DNA of 64,000 nt, from contig CAILUT010000011.1 in the NCBI GenBank assembly GCA_903837495.1, positions 1,946-65,945 of the forward strand. The letters are read 5' to 3'. Shown here in pieces: positions 31,617-41,515 of the stretch. The notes beneath the pieces were generated by a model. It did no database searches and was not told the DNA's origin. It worked only from the letters and a program-made list of their open reading frames with translations. Numbering within the stretch: the stretch's first letter is position 1; each line of letters opens with the position of its first letter. Origin of the DNA: an uncultured Flavobacteriales bacterium. Its GTDB lineage: Bacteria; Bacteroidota; Bacteroidia; CAIKAF01. Position numbers and translations under genes: made by a program.

Positions 31617-32512
31617 CTGCGTATGCCTCTAGATTTAAACAACTGATTCAAGGGCCTACTCACATCGGCATCCGACCGAAATTCGGCTAAATCGACTCCA
31701 TACCGTTGTGCGGCCAATTTCAACTTTTTTTGTTGGTGTTGCCAGGTATCTTGCCAGTGCAGCCGAACGCTTTTTTTATGGGTATCTAGCCAAAAAGAAT
31801 CCCCCGATTCTGGGTCTTTTAATCGGATTAAGCCGGCATCTGGGAGTTGGCAAAGAAGGGGGTCTGAAATACGCATCAGCAGCAAATCGTGTTTTCTTGA
31901 TGCGATTTTTAAGGCATCGGAAAAAGAGGGTTCAATAAAATCGCTGAGGCAAAATACGGTCGATCTTTTTCGCAATACCCGGCCTAGGTATTCCATGGCA
32001 AGGCCGGTTCTGGTTCCAGAATGTTCCGGAACGCAAGCCAAGAAGTCCCGTAAAATCCGCAAAAAATGGGAGCGGCCTTTTCGAGGTGGAATAAATTGTT
32101 CAACTTTAGAGGAATAAAAGACAGCCCCAATTTTATCGTTGTTTTGAACGGCAGAAAATCCAACGATGGCCGCAATTTCGGCGGCCAACTCGCGCAGAGA
32201 GCGGTGGTGGGCACCAAAACCAGACGAGGCACTCACGTCCAACATCAGCATCACGCTCAATTCCCGCTCTTCCTCAAATACCTTAACAAAAGGTTCGTTG
32301 AAGCGTGCCGTTACATTCCAGTCAATAAACCGAACGTCGTCACCGTATTGGTAATTGCGCACCTCGGCAAACGACATGCCACGGCCTTTAAAGGCGGCGT
32401 GGTATTGCCCCGCGAACAGTTGATTGCTCAGACCACGGGCTTTGATTTCAAGCCTACGTACCTTTTTTAAAAGGTCTCTTAACTCATCTGGACTGTTTGT
32501 ATTTGATTCCAT
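31613..32512 (-). CDS. DUF58 (VWA-like) protein
   Basis: FKGRGMSFAEVRNYQYGDDVRFIDWNVTAR, EEERE, SDF. Confidence 0.93.
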   Translation of the reverse strand: MESNTNSPDELRDLLKKVRRLEIKARGLSNQLFAGQYHAAFKGRGMSFAEVRNYQYGDDVRFIDWNVTARFNEPFVKVFEEERELSVMLMLDVSASSGFGAHHRSLRELAAEIAAIVGFSAVQNNDKIGAVFYSSKVEQFIPPRKGRSHFLRILRDFLACVPEHSGTRTGLAMEYLGRVLRKRSTVFCLSDFIEPSFSDALKIASRKHDLLLMRISDPLLCQLPDAGLIRLKDPESGDSFWLDTHKKSVRLHWQDTWQHQQKKLKLAAQRYGVDLAEFRSDADVSRPLNQLFKSRGIRR

Positions 32513-32535
32513 CTTTCCCTGAATTCCAGGAAACC

Positions 32536-33519
32536 TTAGGGTACCAATACTTTATTCAACAGAGAATCGACCACGTCGTCGCTGCTCATTTCTTCGGCTT
32601 CGGCTTCGTAGGTTAGCCCTATTCGGTGCCGCAACACGTCTTTGGCAATGGCCCGAACATCCTCAGGAATCACATAGCCCCTACCCTGCAAAAAGGCATA
32701 GGCTTTTGAGGCCAAGGCCAAGCTGATGGAAGCCCGGGGAGAAGCACCAAAAGAAATCAACTCCTTTAAACCTTGAATGCCGTTGCCTTGAGGATCGCGT
32801 GAGGCATGAACCAAGTCCACAATGTACCGTTCTATTTTCTCGTCCATATACAAGCTCCGAACAACAGTACGGGCATGCATAATTTGGTCTTTATGCACAA
32901 CCACATTCACCCTTGGGAACTCCTGAAGCATATTTAGGCGAATAATGTCGAGTTCTTCCGACTTTTGCGGGTAATCCATGACCACCTTAAGCAAAAACCG
33001 GTCGGATTGAGCTTCAGGCAAAGGATACGTCCCCTCCTGCTCAACCGGGTTTTGGGTTGCCATTACTAAAAAAGGATCTGGCAGGGCGAAGGTTTGGTCG
33101 CCAATGGTAACCTGTCTTTCTTGCATGGCTTCCAACAAGGCACTTTGAACCTTAGCCGGTGCCCGGTTGATTTCATCGGCCAAAACGAAATTGGAAAAAA
33201 CAGGGCCTTTTTTAACCGAAAATGACTCATTCTTAGGGTTGTAAATCACCGTTCCAACCACATCGGCAGGCAGCAAGTCGGGAGTAAACTGAATCCGACT
33301 AAAACTTACATCCACTACCTGTGCCAAGGTTTTTATGGCCAAGGTTTTTGCTAGGCCGGGAACGCCCTCCAGCAATATATGCCCATTGCACAAAAGCCCA
33401 ATAAGCAAGCGGTCGGTCATATACCGTTGCCCTATAATTACCTTGTCCATTTCCAACCGAACGGCCGAAACAAAAGCCGATTCTTCAGCAATCTTCTGAT
33501 TTAATGCTTGTATATCCAT
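32536..33519 (-). CDS. moxR: MoxR family AAA+ ATPase
   Basis: EGVPGLAKT, RIQFTPDLLPAD, DEINRAPAKVQSALLEAM, ATQNPVEQEGTYPLPEAQ. Confidence 0.96.
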   Translation of the reverse strand: MDIQALNQKIAEESAFVSAVRLEMDKVIIGQRYMTDRLLIGLLCNGHILLEGVPGLAKTLAIKTLAQVVDVSFSRIQFTPDLLPADVVGTVIYNPKNESFSVKKGPVFSNFVLADEINRAPAKVQSALLEAMQERQVTIGDQTFALPDPFLVMATQNPVEQEGTYPLPEAQSDRFLLKVVMDYPQKSEELDIIRLNMLQEFPRVNVVVHKDQIMHARTVVRSLYMDEKIERYIVDLVHASRDPQGNGIQGLKELISFGASPRASISLALASKAYAFLQGRGYVIPEDVRAIAKDVLRHRIGLTYEAEAEEMSSDDVVDSLLNKVLVP

Positions 33520-33672
33520 GTTGCATTTGTTTAAGTTCTTGAAGCTTCAACGTACATTTGAACCGAAATCCATGAACTCAAAACAAAAATAGGGTTTTTG
33601 CTCAGCCTTTCAATCGTTTCGCTGCACATCAATCCGGTTAAAAGTTGTTAATCAATCCTCTATGCATCGAAT

Positions 33673-34962
33673 ATGAAATCGAAAACCAAGGTGTACCTGC
33701 TTTCAATTGGAGATGAATTGCTCATTGGCCAAGTAATCAATACCAACGTTGCTTGGCTTTCCACAAAATTAAACGAAATTGGACTTAAGGTAGAGGAACA
33801 ACGAACCATTGCCGACCGACCCGACAGCATTGGTTCAACCTTAAAGGAATGGATGCAACCCGGACATGTTGTAATTTGCACCGGGGGCTTAGGACCCACC
33901 GGAGACGACATTACTAAAAACACCCTAAGGCAGTTTTTTCAAGACGAATGGAGAACCGATGAAGGTGTTTTGAGCGTTTTAGAAGGATTTATGAAAGCCC
34001 GAGGCAGAACCCTAGACCAGATCAACAAGGGGCAGGCTGAATTGCCAAAGTCCTGCAAAACCTGGCTAAACCACATTGGAACAGCCCCCGGAATGTTGTT
34101 CGATACCCCAAAAGGCATTCTAATTAGTTTGCCCGGCGTTCCACGCGAAATGGGCTACCTAATGGAACAGTACGGCCTGGATTTTCTAAAAACGCGCTTT
34201 CGCTTGTCGCCCATTCGCCACTTGACGTTCCACACCGAAGGCATTCCCGAATCGCAACTCATGGTGTATTTGCGCGACTGGGAATTGCAGTTGCCCAAAA
34301 CGCTTTCCTTGGCGTATTTGCCAAAAGCCGGCCGAGTGCGCCTGCGTTTGTCTCAGCTAAATCCCAAGCAAAACAACGTTGATTTGTTTGAATTGCAGGC
34401 AGCCCAATTGCACAAATTGTTGGGCGTTGAGTGCATTGGAACAGGCGAGCAGGACTTGCCTGTGGCTGTTTTGCAGGAATTAATCGAAACGAAGACCACG
34501 CTTGCCACGGCAGAAAGCTGCACAGGCGGCAAAATTGCAAGTCTAATGACCGCGGTTCCCGGTGCTTCTGCGGCCTTTATGGGGGGAATGGTTGCCTACG
34601 ATAATTCTGTAAAAATCAGGACTTTAGGGGTTCGTCCGGAGGACATAGAGCAGCATGGTGCGGTGAGTTCGGTGGTGGTTGAATCTATGGCCAGAGGCAT
34701 TCGGAATTTAACCGGAGCCGATTACGGCATTGGCACTTCTGGAGTCGCCGGGCCCGGGGGCGGAACCCCTGAAAAGCCAGTGGGTTTAATTTGGGTGGGA
34801 ATTTCAGGCCCTGAGGGCACCTATTCCCGGGCATTCAAAATGGCTGCCGACCGCTCAGGCAACATCGAGCGCAGCTCATTTGCCGCATTAAATCTATTCC
34901 GAAAAACCCTGTTGAACAACTGGACCTTGCCCGAACCTACCTTCTGGGCCTTCTCACATTGA
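33673..34962 (+). CDS. cinA: CinA-like protein (MocF-like domain + NMN deamidase PncC)
   Basis: IGDELLIGQVINTN, GGLGPTGDD, LPGVPREM, AESCTGG, TSGVAGPGGG. Confidence 0.95.
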   Translation: MKSKTKVYLLSIGDELLIGQVINTNVAWLSTKLNEIGLKVEEQRTIADRPDSIGSTLKEWMQPGHVVICTGGLGPTGDDITKNTLRQFFQDEWRTDEGVLSVLEGFMKARGRTLDQINKGQAELPKSCKTWLNHIGTAPGMLFDTPKGILISLPGVPREMGYLMEQYGLDFLKTRFRLSPIRHLTFHTEGIPESQLMVYLRDWELQLPKTLSLAYLPKAGRVRLRLSQLNPKQNNVDLFELQAAQLHKLLGVECIGTGEQDLPVAVLQELIETKTTLATAESCTGGKIASLMTAVPGASAAFMGGMVAYDNSVKIRTLGVRPEDIEQHGAVSSVVVESMARGIRNLTGADYGIGTSGVAGPGGGTPEKPVGLIWVGISGPEGTYSRAFKMAADRSGNIERSSFAALNLFRKTLLNNWTLPEPTFWAFSH

Positions 34963-34972
34963 TGGATTTTTG

Positions 34973-35115
34973 GGGCGGGTTTCGGGCTTTCTCCGGTAGT
35001 CCGCAGCTAAAAGGCTCAGCAACTGTGGCTTTGCGGTGGCTCCTAAAGTCGCCTCCGCAGCTCACGTTGCTGTAGCCGTTTAGCTTTGCGGGCTACTCGG
35101 TTCAATCCCGCCCGC
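34973..35115 (-). repeat. structured intergenic repeat element, copy 4
   Basis: minus strand GCGGGCGGGATTGA...GGAGGCGACTTTAGGAGCC...GCGGACTACCGGAGAAAGCCCGAAACCCGCCC. Confidence 0.93.
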
Positions 35116-35179
35116 AGACTCAAAAAATGGAGGTCAAACAAACAATAAAACCAGACCTTGACCTAAGGGCCAACCGGAT

Positions 35180-37444
35180 TTATTGAATCATCAATCGACG
35201 TACTTGGCTTTGACCGTTTACAACGGCTTTAACCAGATACATGCCGCTTTCGCCAAAGGCAGAACGTTGAAGTGTAAGGGTGTTTGAGCCCTGGGTTAAG
35301 GCCTGGGTAGATTCAACATGAATCAAACGTCCAGCTAAGTCAAACACCTCGATGTTGCTTCCAATGGAGGCCGATTCGTCCAATTGAATCTGCACATTTC
35401 CAGAGGAAGGGTTCGGGTGCATTTTAAAACCCGTTGGCAAAGGCTGTTCTGCAATAGCGGTTGTGGCATCGGAAATGGTAAAATCATCGATGTACAGGGG
35501 ATTTCCATAAGGGCCACCGCTGGTAAAATGAAACATAATGCGGACGTTGTCGCGGCTGCTAAAGTTGGCCAAATCAACCGTGAAATAAGACCATTCGTCG
35601 GGAGAAGAAGGCACAAAGTTTGAGGGGACCAAACCGGCTGTTACCAAATTGGTACCTGCCAAAGCGGTTAAAGAATTGCCCTCATTGCGCAATTTCATGC
35701 CCCGCAGCTGCCAAGATTCACCGCAGTTGGTTGACACGTACATTTGAAGTTGGTCGTTTTGCTCGATAAAGGGTTGGTTGGTGCGTTGAGAATAGGCGTA
35801 TTTCACCTCCAACAGCGGATTGTCCACTGTGGTTAAATCGTACGAAGGCGAAACCATGAAAAAGCGTTCGTACCGCAAAGATCCGCTGGAATTGCAACGG
35901 GCTGCGCCATAGCTTTTGTACCCGCCGTAGTTTACTTTTTCCCAGCCGTTTGCAGCATTCGCTCCTTCGTTGATGCTCACCCATTTGCCATCGGCAAAAA
36001 AGCTGTAGCCTGGCCCTGCCTCCATGGCATCGTAGTAGCGGTAGTTGTTGTCCATGGCTTGGTCGGATGAAACCAAAACATATCCTTGACGGGTTCTTGA
36101 ATCGCTTCCGTTGGCGTTGGTAGCGGTTAATTTTACATCGTACCTGCCGGGCACATCGTATTGAACCAAGGGCTCTGGGTCCGTAGAAGTTGCAGTTGCG
36201 GCTCCGGAAAGGTCCCAAGCATAAGAATTGCTGGCAGTACTGCCGTTGTGGGTTCCGTTTTTCATGTTTAGGGAACCTCCTTCGCAAATCATTTTTAGGG
36301 ATTCAAAGTTGTTGCTTCCTTGTTTTGACCAAAATTCGGCGATGGGTGCCGGTGCACAGGGGCTTGCCTGAGAAGCATCGTCGGTGCCGGTGGCCAGGGC
36401 ATTGGCGTTGGCAATAATATTGCTGCGGAAAGAAATGGTATTAAACACAAAATCCATGACTTGTTTTTGACCTTTGGAGAACATATTCATGCAATTGTCG
36501 TCGGTGTAATCCATGTAATTGTTGAACATTTCACCAATTTGAAAGCGGGCGATGGTATCGGCAGCGGTGCTATTGGAGGTCAATTCGAGGCAGGTGGCCT
36601 CTTTGGGAAAATTGAAGCAGCCAAAATTGGGTTCACGAGAAAACGGGGTATCGTCCACTTGGTCGTTTCCGCAATCGTCGTCGCCCCAGATGTGAATCAA
36701 TCCCAACCAATGTCCAACTTCGTGCGTCATGGTGCGGCCGGCGGTTCCGGCGGCCGTACCGGTTTTGCCGGTGCGGTTGTGAATCATCGCAATTCCGTCG
36801 GTAGTGGTAACGGGGTTAAAGCCACCAAAAGAATAAGGGAACTGCGCGTAACCTAAGATGTTGCCAAAAGGGTTGCCATCGTTGTCGATGGTTTTTACCA
36901 CCCAAATGTTTAGGTATTTGGCCCGGTCCCAATAACTCAATTGCTTGAAACCTGTGTAATCGCGGGCTGTATTGGTTTTATACGAAAACACCCGGTTGAT
37001 GCCGTCGGTGCAAGCTCCGTTGGGCGCTTTGGTGGCCAAACGAAACTCGATGTTGGCATCGGCAGCAATGCTGTCGAAGTATGGGGGAATAACAACCTTG
37101 TCGGCATTGGTGTAGGTGAAATCCAAATTAACCGAAGCCAATTGACTTAAAATTTGAGCGGTTGAAATGTTTTCGGAACCGCCCTCATGAATGACGTGAA
37201 CCACAACAGGAATGATGCGTTTTCCGTTCTCGGATGTTTCAAATTGACCCAGATTAAGGGACTTAAATTCCTTAAAATCTTCCACGAACTTGACATATCC
37301 ATCCCAAAAATCCGGATGTTGTTTGGCATAATCGGACAAGTGGCTGCCGCATTGAACGTGTTGATGCTGAGCCTGTAGCCCGGAAATTCCAGATACATAA
37401 ACCCCAAGTACAATGCTCAATGATGTGATTAAGAAGTGCTTCAT
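35180..37444 (-). CDS. M43 zinc metalloprotease with PKD domain and T9SS C-terminal domain
   Basis: IPVVVHVIH, HEVGHWLGLIH, NYMDY, PKD, MHPNPS...FDLAGR...GMYLV CTD; ATG at 37444. Confidence 0.9.
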   Translation of the reverse strand: MKHFLITSLSIVLGVYVSGISGLQAQHQHVQCGSHLSDYAKQHPDFWDGYVKFVEDFKEFKSLNLGQFETSENGKRIIPVVVHVIHEGGSENISTAQILSQLASVNLDFTYTNADKVVIPPYFDSIAADANIEFRLATKAPNGACTDGINRVFSYKTNTARDYTGFKQLSYWDRAKYLNIWVVKTIDNDGNPFGNILGYAQFPYSFGGFNPVTTTDGIAMIHNRTGKTGTAAGTAGRTMTHEVGHWLGLIHIWGDDDCGNDQVDDTPFSREPNFGCFNFPKEATCLELTSNSTAADTIARFQIGEMFNNYMDYTDDNCMNMFSKGQKQVMDFVFNTISFRSNIIANANALATGTDDASQASPCAPAPIAEFWSKQGSNNFESLKMICEGGSLNMKNGTHNGSTASNSYAWDLSGAATATSTDPEPLVQYDVPGRYDVKLTATNANGSDSRTRQGYVLVSSDQAMDNNYRYYDAMEAGPGYSFFADGKWVSINEGANAANGWEKVNYGGYKSYGAARCNSSGSLRYERFFMVSPSYDLTTVDNPLLEVKYAYSQRTNQPFIEQNDQLQMYVSTNCGESWQLRGMKLRNEGNSLTALAGTNLVTAGLVPSNFVPSSPDEWSYFTVDLANFSSRDNVRIMFHFTSGGPYGNPLYIDDFTISDATTAIAEQPLPTGFKMHPNPSSGNVQIQLDESASIGSNIEVFDLAGRLIHVESTQALTQGSNTLTLQRSAFGESGMYLVKAVVNGQSQVRRLMIQ

Positions 37445-37579
37445 ATTCTGTTTCGTATGTACTGCAAATTTCGCAATTGGAAAGGGTAAAAGCAAATGTT
37501 AAGCGCCGATGAACATAGGGATATCAAAAAAAGGGGTTAATAAACCAAAAATGAAGGGGATTTATAGGCGGTTTAATGT

Positions 37580-37587
37580 TAATTTTG
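37580..37587 (+). promoter_or_regulatory. Bacteroidota -7 promoter element
   Basis: TAATTTTG 23 nt before the gap ATG. Confidence 0.55.
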
Positions 37588-37610
37588 CCGCAAATTAATC
37601 CCAAAACAAC

Positions 37611-38615
37611 ATGAAAAAAATACGGGTTGCCATTAATGGATTTGGACGAATTGGACGCATTACATTCCGGGCATTGCTTACAAAACCTGAGATTGAGGTT
37701 GTGGCCATCAACGATTTAACGGGTGGCAGCACCCTGGCCCACCTCTTGAAATACGATTCCGTTCAGGGACGGTTCAACGGCGAGGTTGGTACTATAAATG
37801 GAAATTTGTTGGTGAATGGCACCGAAATTCGGATTACGGCCATTAGAAATCCGGCTGAACTTCCTTGGAAAGAAATGAATGTAGATGTTGTTTTGGAATG
37901 CACCGGATTGTTTTTGGATTCTGAGAGTGCTTCTAAGCATTTGGAGGCCGGCGCTGGGAAGGTGTTGCTTTCGGCACCGGCAAAGACTTCCGACATTAAA
38001 ATGGTGGTTTTGGGAGCCAACGAAGGGAGTCTAAGGGCCGATGACCGAATCATCTCCAATGCCTCATGCACCACCAATTGCGTTAGTCCTTTGGTAAAAA
38101 TAGTAGATGAGATTTGTGGCATTGAAAACGGTTTTATGAATACCATACATGCCTACACCTCAGACCAACGTTTGCAAGATGCACCCCACAGCGACCTTCG
38201 CCGTGCGCGTGCCGCCGCTCTTTCTTTGGTTCCAACCTCGACCGGAGCGGCCCGGGCCATTGGAAGAATTTTCCCTCACCTGAGCGGCAAACTAGACGGC
38301 ACCTCGGTGCGGGTTCCTACCCCCACGGGCAGTTTAACCGATATGTCGTTGATTGTTCGCAACCCGGTTGATGCAACCACCTTAAATCAGGCCTTTAAAA
38401 AAGCGGCTGAAACCGATTTGAAGGGCATTTTAGAGTATACCGAAGACCCCATTGTATCGATCGATATTGTAGGAAATCCGCATTCCTGCATTTTTGATTC
38501 TGAATTGACCTTTGTAAAAGACAGCTTGGTGAAGGTGTTTGGGTGGTACGACAACGAAGCGGGCTATTCAAACCGCCTTGCCGATTTGTGCCTTTTGGTG
38601 GGCAACCTGAAATAA
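37611..38615 (+). CDS. gap: type I glyceraldehyde-3-phosphate dehydrogenase
   Basis: INGFGRIGR, ASCTTNC active site, WYDNE. Confidence 0.98.
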   Translation: MKKIRVAINGFGRIGRITFRALLTKPEIEVVAINDLTGGSTLAHLLKYDSVQGRFNGEVGTINGNLLVNGTEIRITAIRNPAELPWKEMNVDVVLECTGLFLDSESASKHLEAGAGKVLLSAPAKTSDIKMVVLGANEGSLRADDRIISNASCTTNCVSPLVKIVDEICGIENGFMNTIHAYTSDQRLQDAPHSDLRRARAAALSLVPTSTGAARAIGRIFPHLSGKLDGTSVRVPTPTGSLTDMSLIVRNPVDATTLNQAFKKAAETDLKGILEYTEDPIVSIDIVGNPHSCIFDSELTFVKDSLVKVFGWYDNEAGYSNRLADLCLLVGNLK

Positions 38616-38687
38616 AGCGGGCTTTTATTTAGACCGGGAGAAGCCGGCTGAACCCCATGCGGCAAGGCTTAATTAAAAGTAGGTTTT

Positions 38688-38830
38688 GCGGCAGGGATTG
38701 AAGCAGCTACCCCGCAAGGGGCTGGGCGGCAGCCAAAACAGCATCAAAAGAGCGACCTTGGGAGCTCCTTTTGCTGCTGTTTTGGCCCGGCTAGCACCGC
38801 GGAGTAGCGCTGAAAGCCCGTAGGCCGCCC
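38688..38830 (+). repeat. structured intergenic repeat element, copy 5
   Basis: GCGGCAGGGATTGAAGCAGCTACCCCGC...AGCGACCTTGGGAGCT...GCGGAGTAGCGCTGAAAGCCCGTAGGCCGCCC; arm GCCAAAACAGCA pairs with TGCTGTTTTGGC. Confidence 0.92.
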
Positions 38831-38845
38831 CCATAAAAATCCGCT

Positions 38846-39739
38846 TTATTTGCCTTTTTTTCCGCGGGCTATACCGGCATCAACATCGAAGCCAATCAAC
38901 AAAGCCAGGGAGGCCAAGTATAAAAAAATCATGGCCATGGGAACTGCACCTACCACGCCGAACACCTGATTGTATTGAAAAAAGCGCTCAACATACACTC
39001 CGAAGGCCCAGGTAAACAGCAATAAAAACAAGGAAGAAATCCAGCTGCCTGCAGAAAAGAAACGCAAGCGAAGGGATTTGGCAGGGGCGATGCGAAACAA
39101 AGCCGCAACAAACAACCAAGTCATGCCCAAGCTGAACAGCCAACCCAGCTGACCGGAAAGCCAAGAAACGGTGCCCGACAAAAAGTCAATGGCCTGAAAT
39201 ATGGTAACAACCAAACCGAAAGCAAGGCTAGAAAGCAACATGACCAACACCGAAATTAGGCGTACTTGACCGGGCCTTCGGCCTTCAGAAATAAAGGCCG
39301 AAGCGTTGAAGGCCTGAATAAGACCTTTGACGCCTGCGGAAGAAAGCCAAAGTCCTGCCAGCAAGGTAAACCACAGGAATCCTTCGCGTTTTTTCAACAG
39401 TACATCGGCAATGATGGGGCCTACAAACTCGAACAAAGCGGGTGGAATGAGTTCTTTGCTAAACCGAAACCACTCATAACCCAACTGCCCACCGGGAAAA
39501 AAGGGGACTAGACTGACCAGAAAAATAAGGGTTGGAAAAAAAGCCAGCATGAGTTGAAATGCCACGGAAGATGCACGCAAGGACAGGCTGTTGCGTTGGG
39601 CTCCGACCAAAAAGTAGGTTGCGATGCGCCACAGGCTAACCCCACCAAAGCCTGGGGGCGAAAAGCGGTAAGCAGAACGCAGCAGGATGGCCAAATGGGT
39701 ATGTGCAAGAAAAAAACGGAAAAAACGGGTTGATTTCAT
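38846..39739 (-). CDS. YihY/virulence factor BrkB family membrane protein
   Basis: RASSVAFQLMLAFFP, YVERFFQYNQVFG; multiple TMs. Confidence 0.87.
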   Translation of the reverse strand: MKSTRFFRFFLAHTHLAILLRSAYRFSPPGFGGVSLWRIATYFLVGAQRNSLSLRASSVAFQLMLAFFPTLIFLVSLVPFFPGGQLGYEWFRFSKELIPPALFEFVGPIIADVLLKKREGFLWFTLLAGLWLSSAGVKGLIQAFNASAFISEGRRPGQVRLISVLVMLLSSLAFGLVVTIFQAIDFLSGTVSWLSGQLGWLFSLGMTWLFVAALFRIAPAKSLRLRFFSAGSWISSLFLLLFTWAFGVYVERFFQYNQVFGVVGAVPMAMIFLYLASLALLIGFDVDAGIARGKKGK

Positions 39740-40596
39740 GGCAGATAAGCCTTCATACTGATGTCGATGCTTCGAACCGAATGGGTTAAAGCGCCCATTG
39801 AAATAAAATCAACCCCCGTTTCGGCATAGTACAGCAGATTGGCTTCGGTAATGCCACCGCTGGCTTCGGTTTCTATGCGCCCCTGGACCAAGGTTAAAGC
39901 TTCGCGCACCTGATGGGGCTGAAAATTGTCGAACATAATGCGTTGAATTGTGCCGGGTAGGTCCAGAACCTCCTGTACGTCTTTCAGGTTTCGGGTTTCG
40001 ATTTCGACGGGCAAATTCAGGCTGTTTTTATGTAGATATTCCATTAATCGCTCATAGGCAGGGCGGATTCCGCCTGCAAAATCGCGGTGGTTGTCTTTAA
40101 TCATGGCCATATCGTACAGGCCAAAGCGGTGGTTTTGGCCGCCTCCATGCAAAACGGCTTCTTTTTCAAACCGGCGCAGCAGGGGCGTTGTTTTTCGGGT
40201 ATCGAGCAATCGGGTTGACGTGTGTGCAATGAGTTGGCACAGCCGCTGCGTTTGCGAGGCAATTCCACAGGTACGCTGAATCAAATTTAGGGCGATTCGC
40301 TCGGCCGAAAGCAACACATGGGCTGGCCCTTCTACTTCGAGCAGTACATCTCCCACAAAAAAGGGCTGTCCGTCAGAAACCAACAGAGACACCTGAACAG
40401 AGGGGTCTAAAAATTTGAAAATGGGGGCAATGTAATGGGCTCCCGAAAAAACCCCAGATTCTTTGGCCAGCCACAGGGCTTTTGCCTGTTGATGTTCGCC
40501 AAAAACTCCTAGGGAAGTAACATCGCCCTGCTTGCCTACATCTTCTTGAAAGGCTTGCTGCAGAAAAGTTGAAAACCAAAGTTGGGAATTAGTCAT
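39736..40596 (-). CDS. nadC: quinolinate phosphoribosyltransferase
   Basis: ED...GDVT, LDTRKTTP, NHRFGLYD, IKDNH, EASGGI, ISMGALTHS. Confidence 0.97.
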   Translation of the reverse strand: MTNSQLWFSTFLQQAFQEDVGKQGDVTSLGVFGEHQQAKALWLAKESGVFSGAHYIAPIFKFLDPSVQVSLLVSDGQPFFVGDVLLEVEGPAHVLLSAERIALNLIQRTCGIASQTQRLCQLIAHTSTRLLDTRKTTPLLRRFEKEAVLHGGGQNHRFGLYDMAMIKDNHRDFAGGIRPAYERLMEYLHKNSLNLPVEIETRNLKDVQEVLDLPGTIQRIMFDNFQPHQVREALTLVQGRIETEASGGITEANLLYYAETGVDFISMGALTHSVRSIDISMKAYLP

Positions 40597-40978
40597 TGGA
40601 TTGTACCTCGAAAGAATGTACCCGTTCAGTGCCGTTGACCTCTTTAAACAGCACGTAAATTCGGAATTTTTGTTGGGCGGTTTTCCATTCGCCGATAAAA
40701 AAATGAGGCTTGCCCTTTTGTTCTTGCACCTGAGAAATGTGAACGGAAGTGGGGGGATAGTCTTTAATAAAGGATTGAATGAGTTGCCCGGCTTGAGCCT
40801 GAGAATATACGCCTTCTTGAGCTAGAATACGTAGATTAAGGGAAGTGTGGGCTTGCTGTACAAAAGCTTTAGCGTCTTTTTGCAAAAGGGCTTGCCTTGC
40901 TTTTTGAACAGGGGATTGGCCAAATGAGCGGACAAAAAACAGGAAAACAAACAAAACAGAAAGAAGGAATCGGCCCAT
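40589..40978 (-). CDS. DUF4783-like secreted protein
   Basis: signal peptide; EGVYSQAQA..F..YPP; lies between rlmH and nadC. Confidence 0.75.
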   Translation of the reverse strand: MGRFLLSVLFVFLFFVRSFGQSPVQKARQALLQKDAKAFVQQAHTSLNLRILAQEGVYSQAQAGQLIQSFIKDYPPTSVHISQVQEQKGKPHFFIGEWKTAQQKFRIYVLFKEVNGTERVHSFEVQSND

Positions 40979-41024
40979 GGTTTAAAAATTAATGCAAAAT
41001 TGCACAAAAATTAAGCCAATATCG

Positions 41025-41501
41025 ATGGAAGTTCGGATTGTATCTGTGGGAAAGTTACGGCAGGCCTATGCCCTTGAGGGTTGCCGCATGTATGAGGAGC
41101 GGTTAAAGCACTATATTAAACTGCAGGTTCAGGCGGTAGCAGATGTAAAGGGGCAGTTTACCGAGCAGGAAAAGGCCCGGGTGGAGTGCGAAAAAGTAAT
41201 GAGTGCGCTGCAAGGCTGCGAAGCTGTGGTTCTTTTGGACGAGGGGGGCAGCCGACTAAGTTCCGTAAAGGTGGCCGATTTTTTTGAAGAATTTAGGCGG
41301 ACTGGGGTCAAAAAGCTGGCTTTTGTAGTTGGGGGGGCTTCGGGGTTTACTCCTGAATTTAAGGAGCTGTATTCCATGCATTGGCGAATATCGGACCTTA
41401 CCTTGCCGCACGAAATGGCTAGGCTTGTATTGACCGAGCAGTTGTACCGGGCCATGACCATATTAAAGGGAGAGCCCTACCACAAAGTGGGCTTGGGCTG
41501 A
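41025..41501 (+). CDS. rlmH: 23S rRNA pseudouridine-1915 N3-methyltransferase
   Basis: VSVGK, LLDEGG, FVVGGASG, TLPHEMARLVLTEQLYRA, GEPYH. Confidence 0.95.
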   Translation: MEVRIVSVGKLRQAYALEGCRMYEERLKHYIKLQVQAVADVKGQFTEQEKARVECEKVMSALQGCEAVVLLDEGGSRLSSVKVADFFEEFRRTGVKKLAFVVGGASGFTPEFKELYSMHWRISDLTLPHEMARLVLTEQLYRAMTILKGEPYHKVGLG

Positions 41502-41515
41502 GGGGGGGGGGGAGT

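Noticed and set aside
33600..33672. GTTAA-rich motifs in several promoter regions as a regulator site
   Set aside because: Spacing is not consistent enough to separate from AT-rich background by eye.
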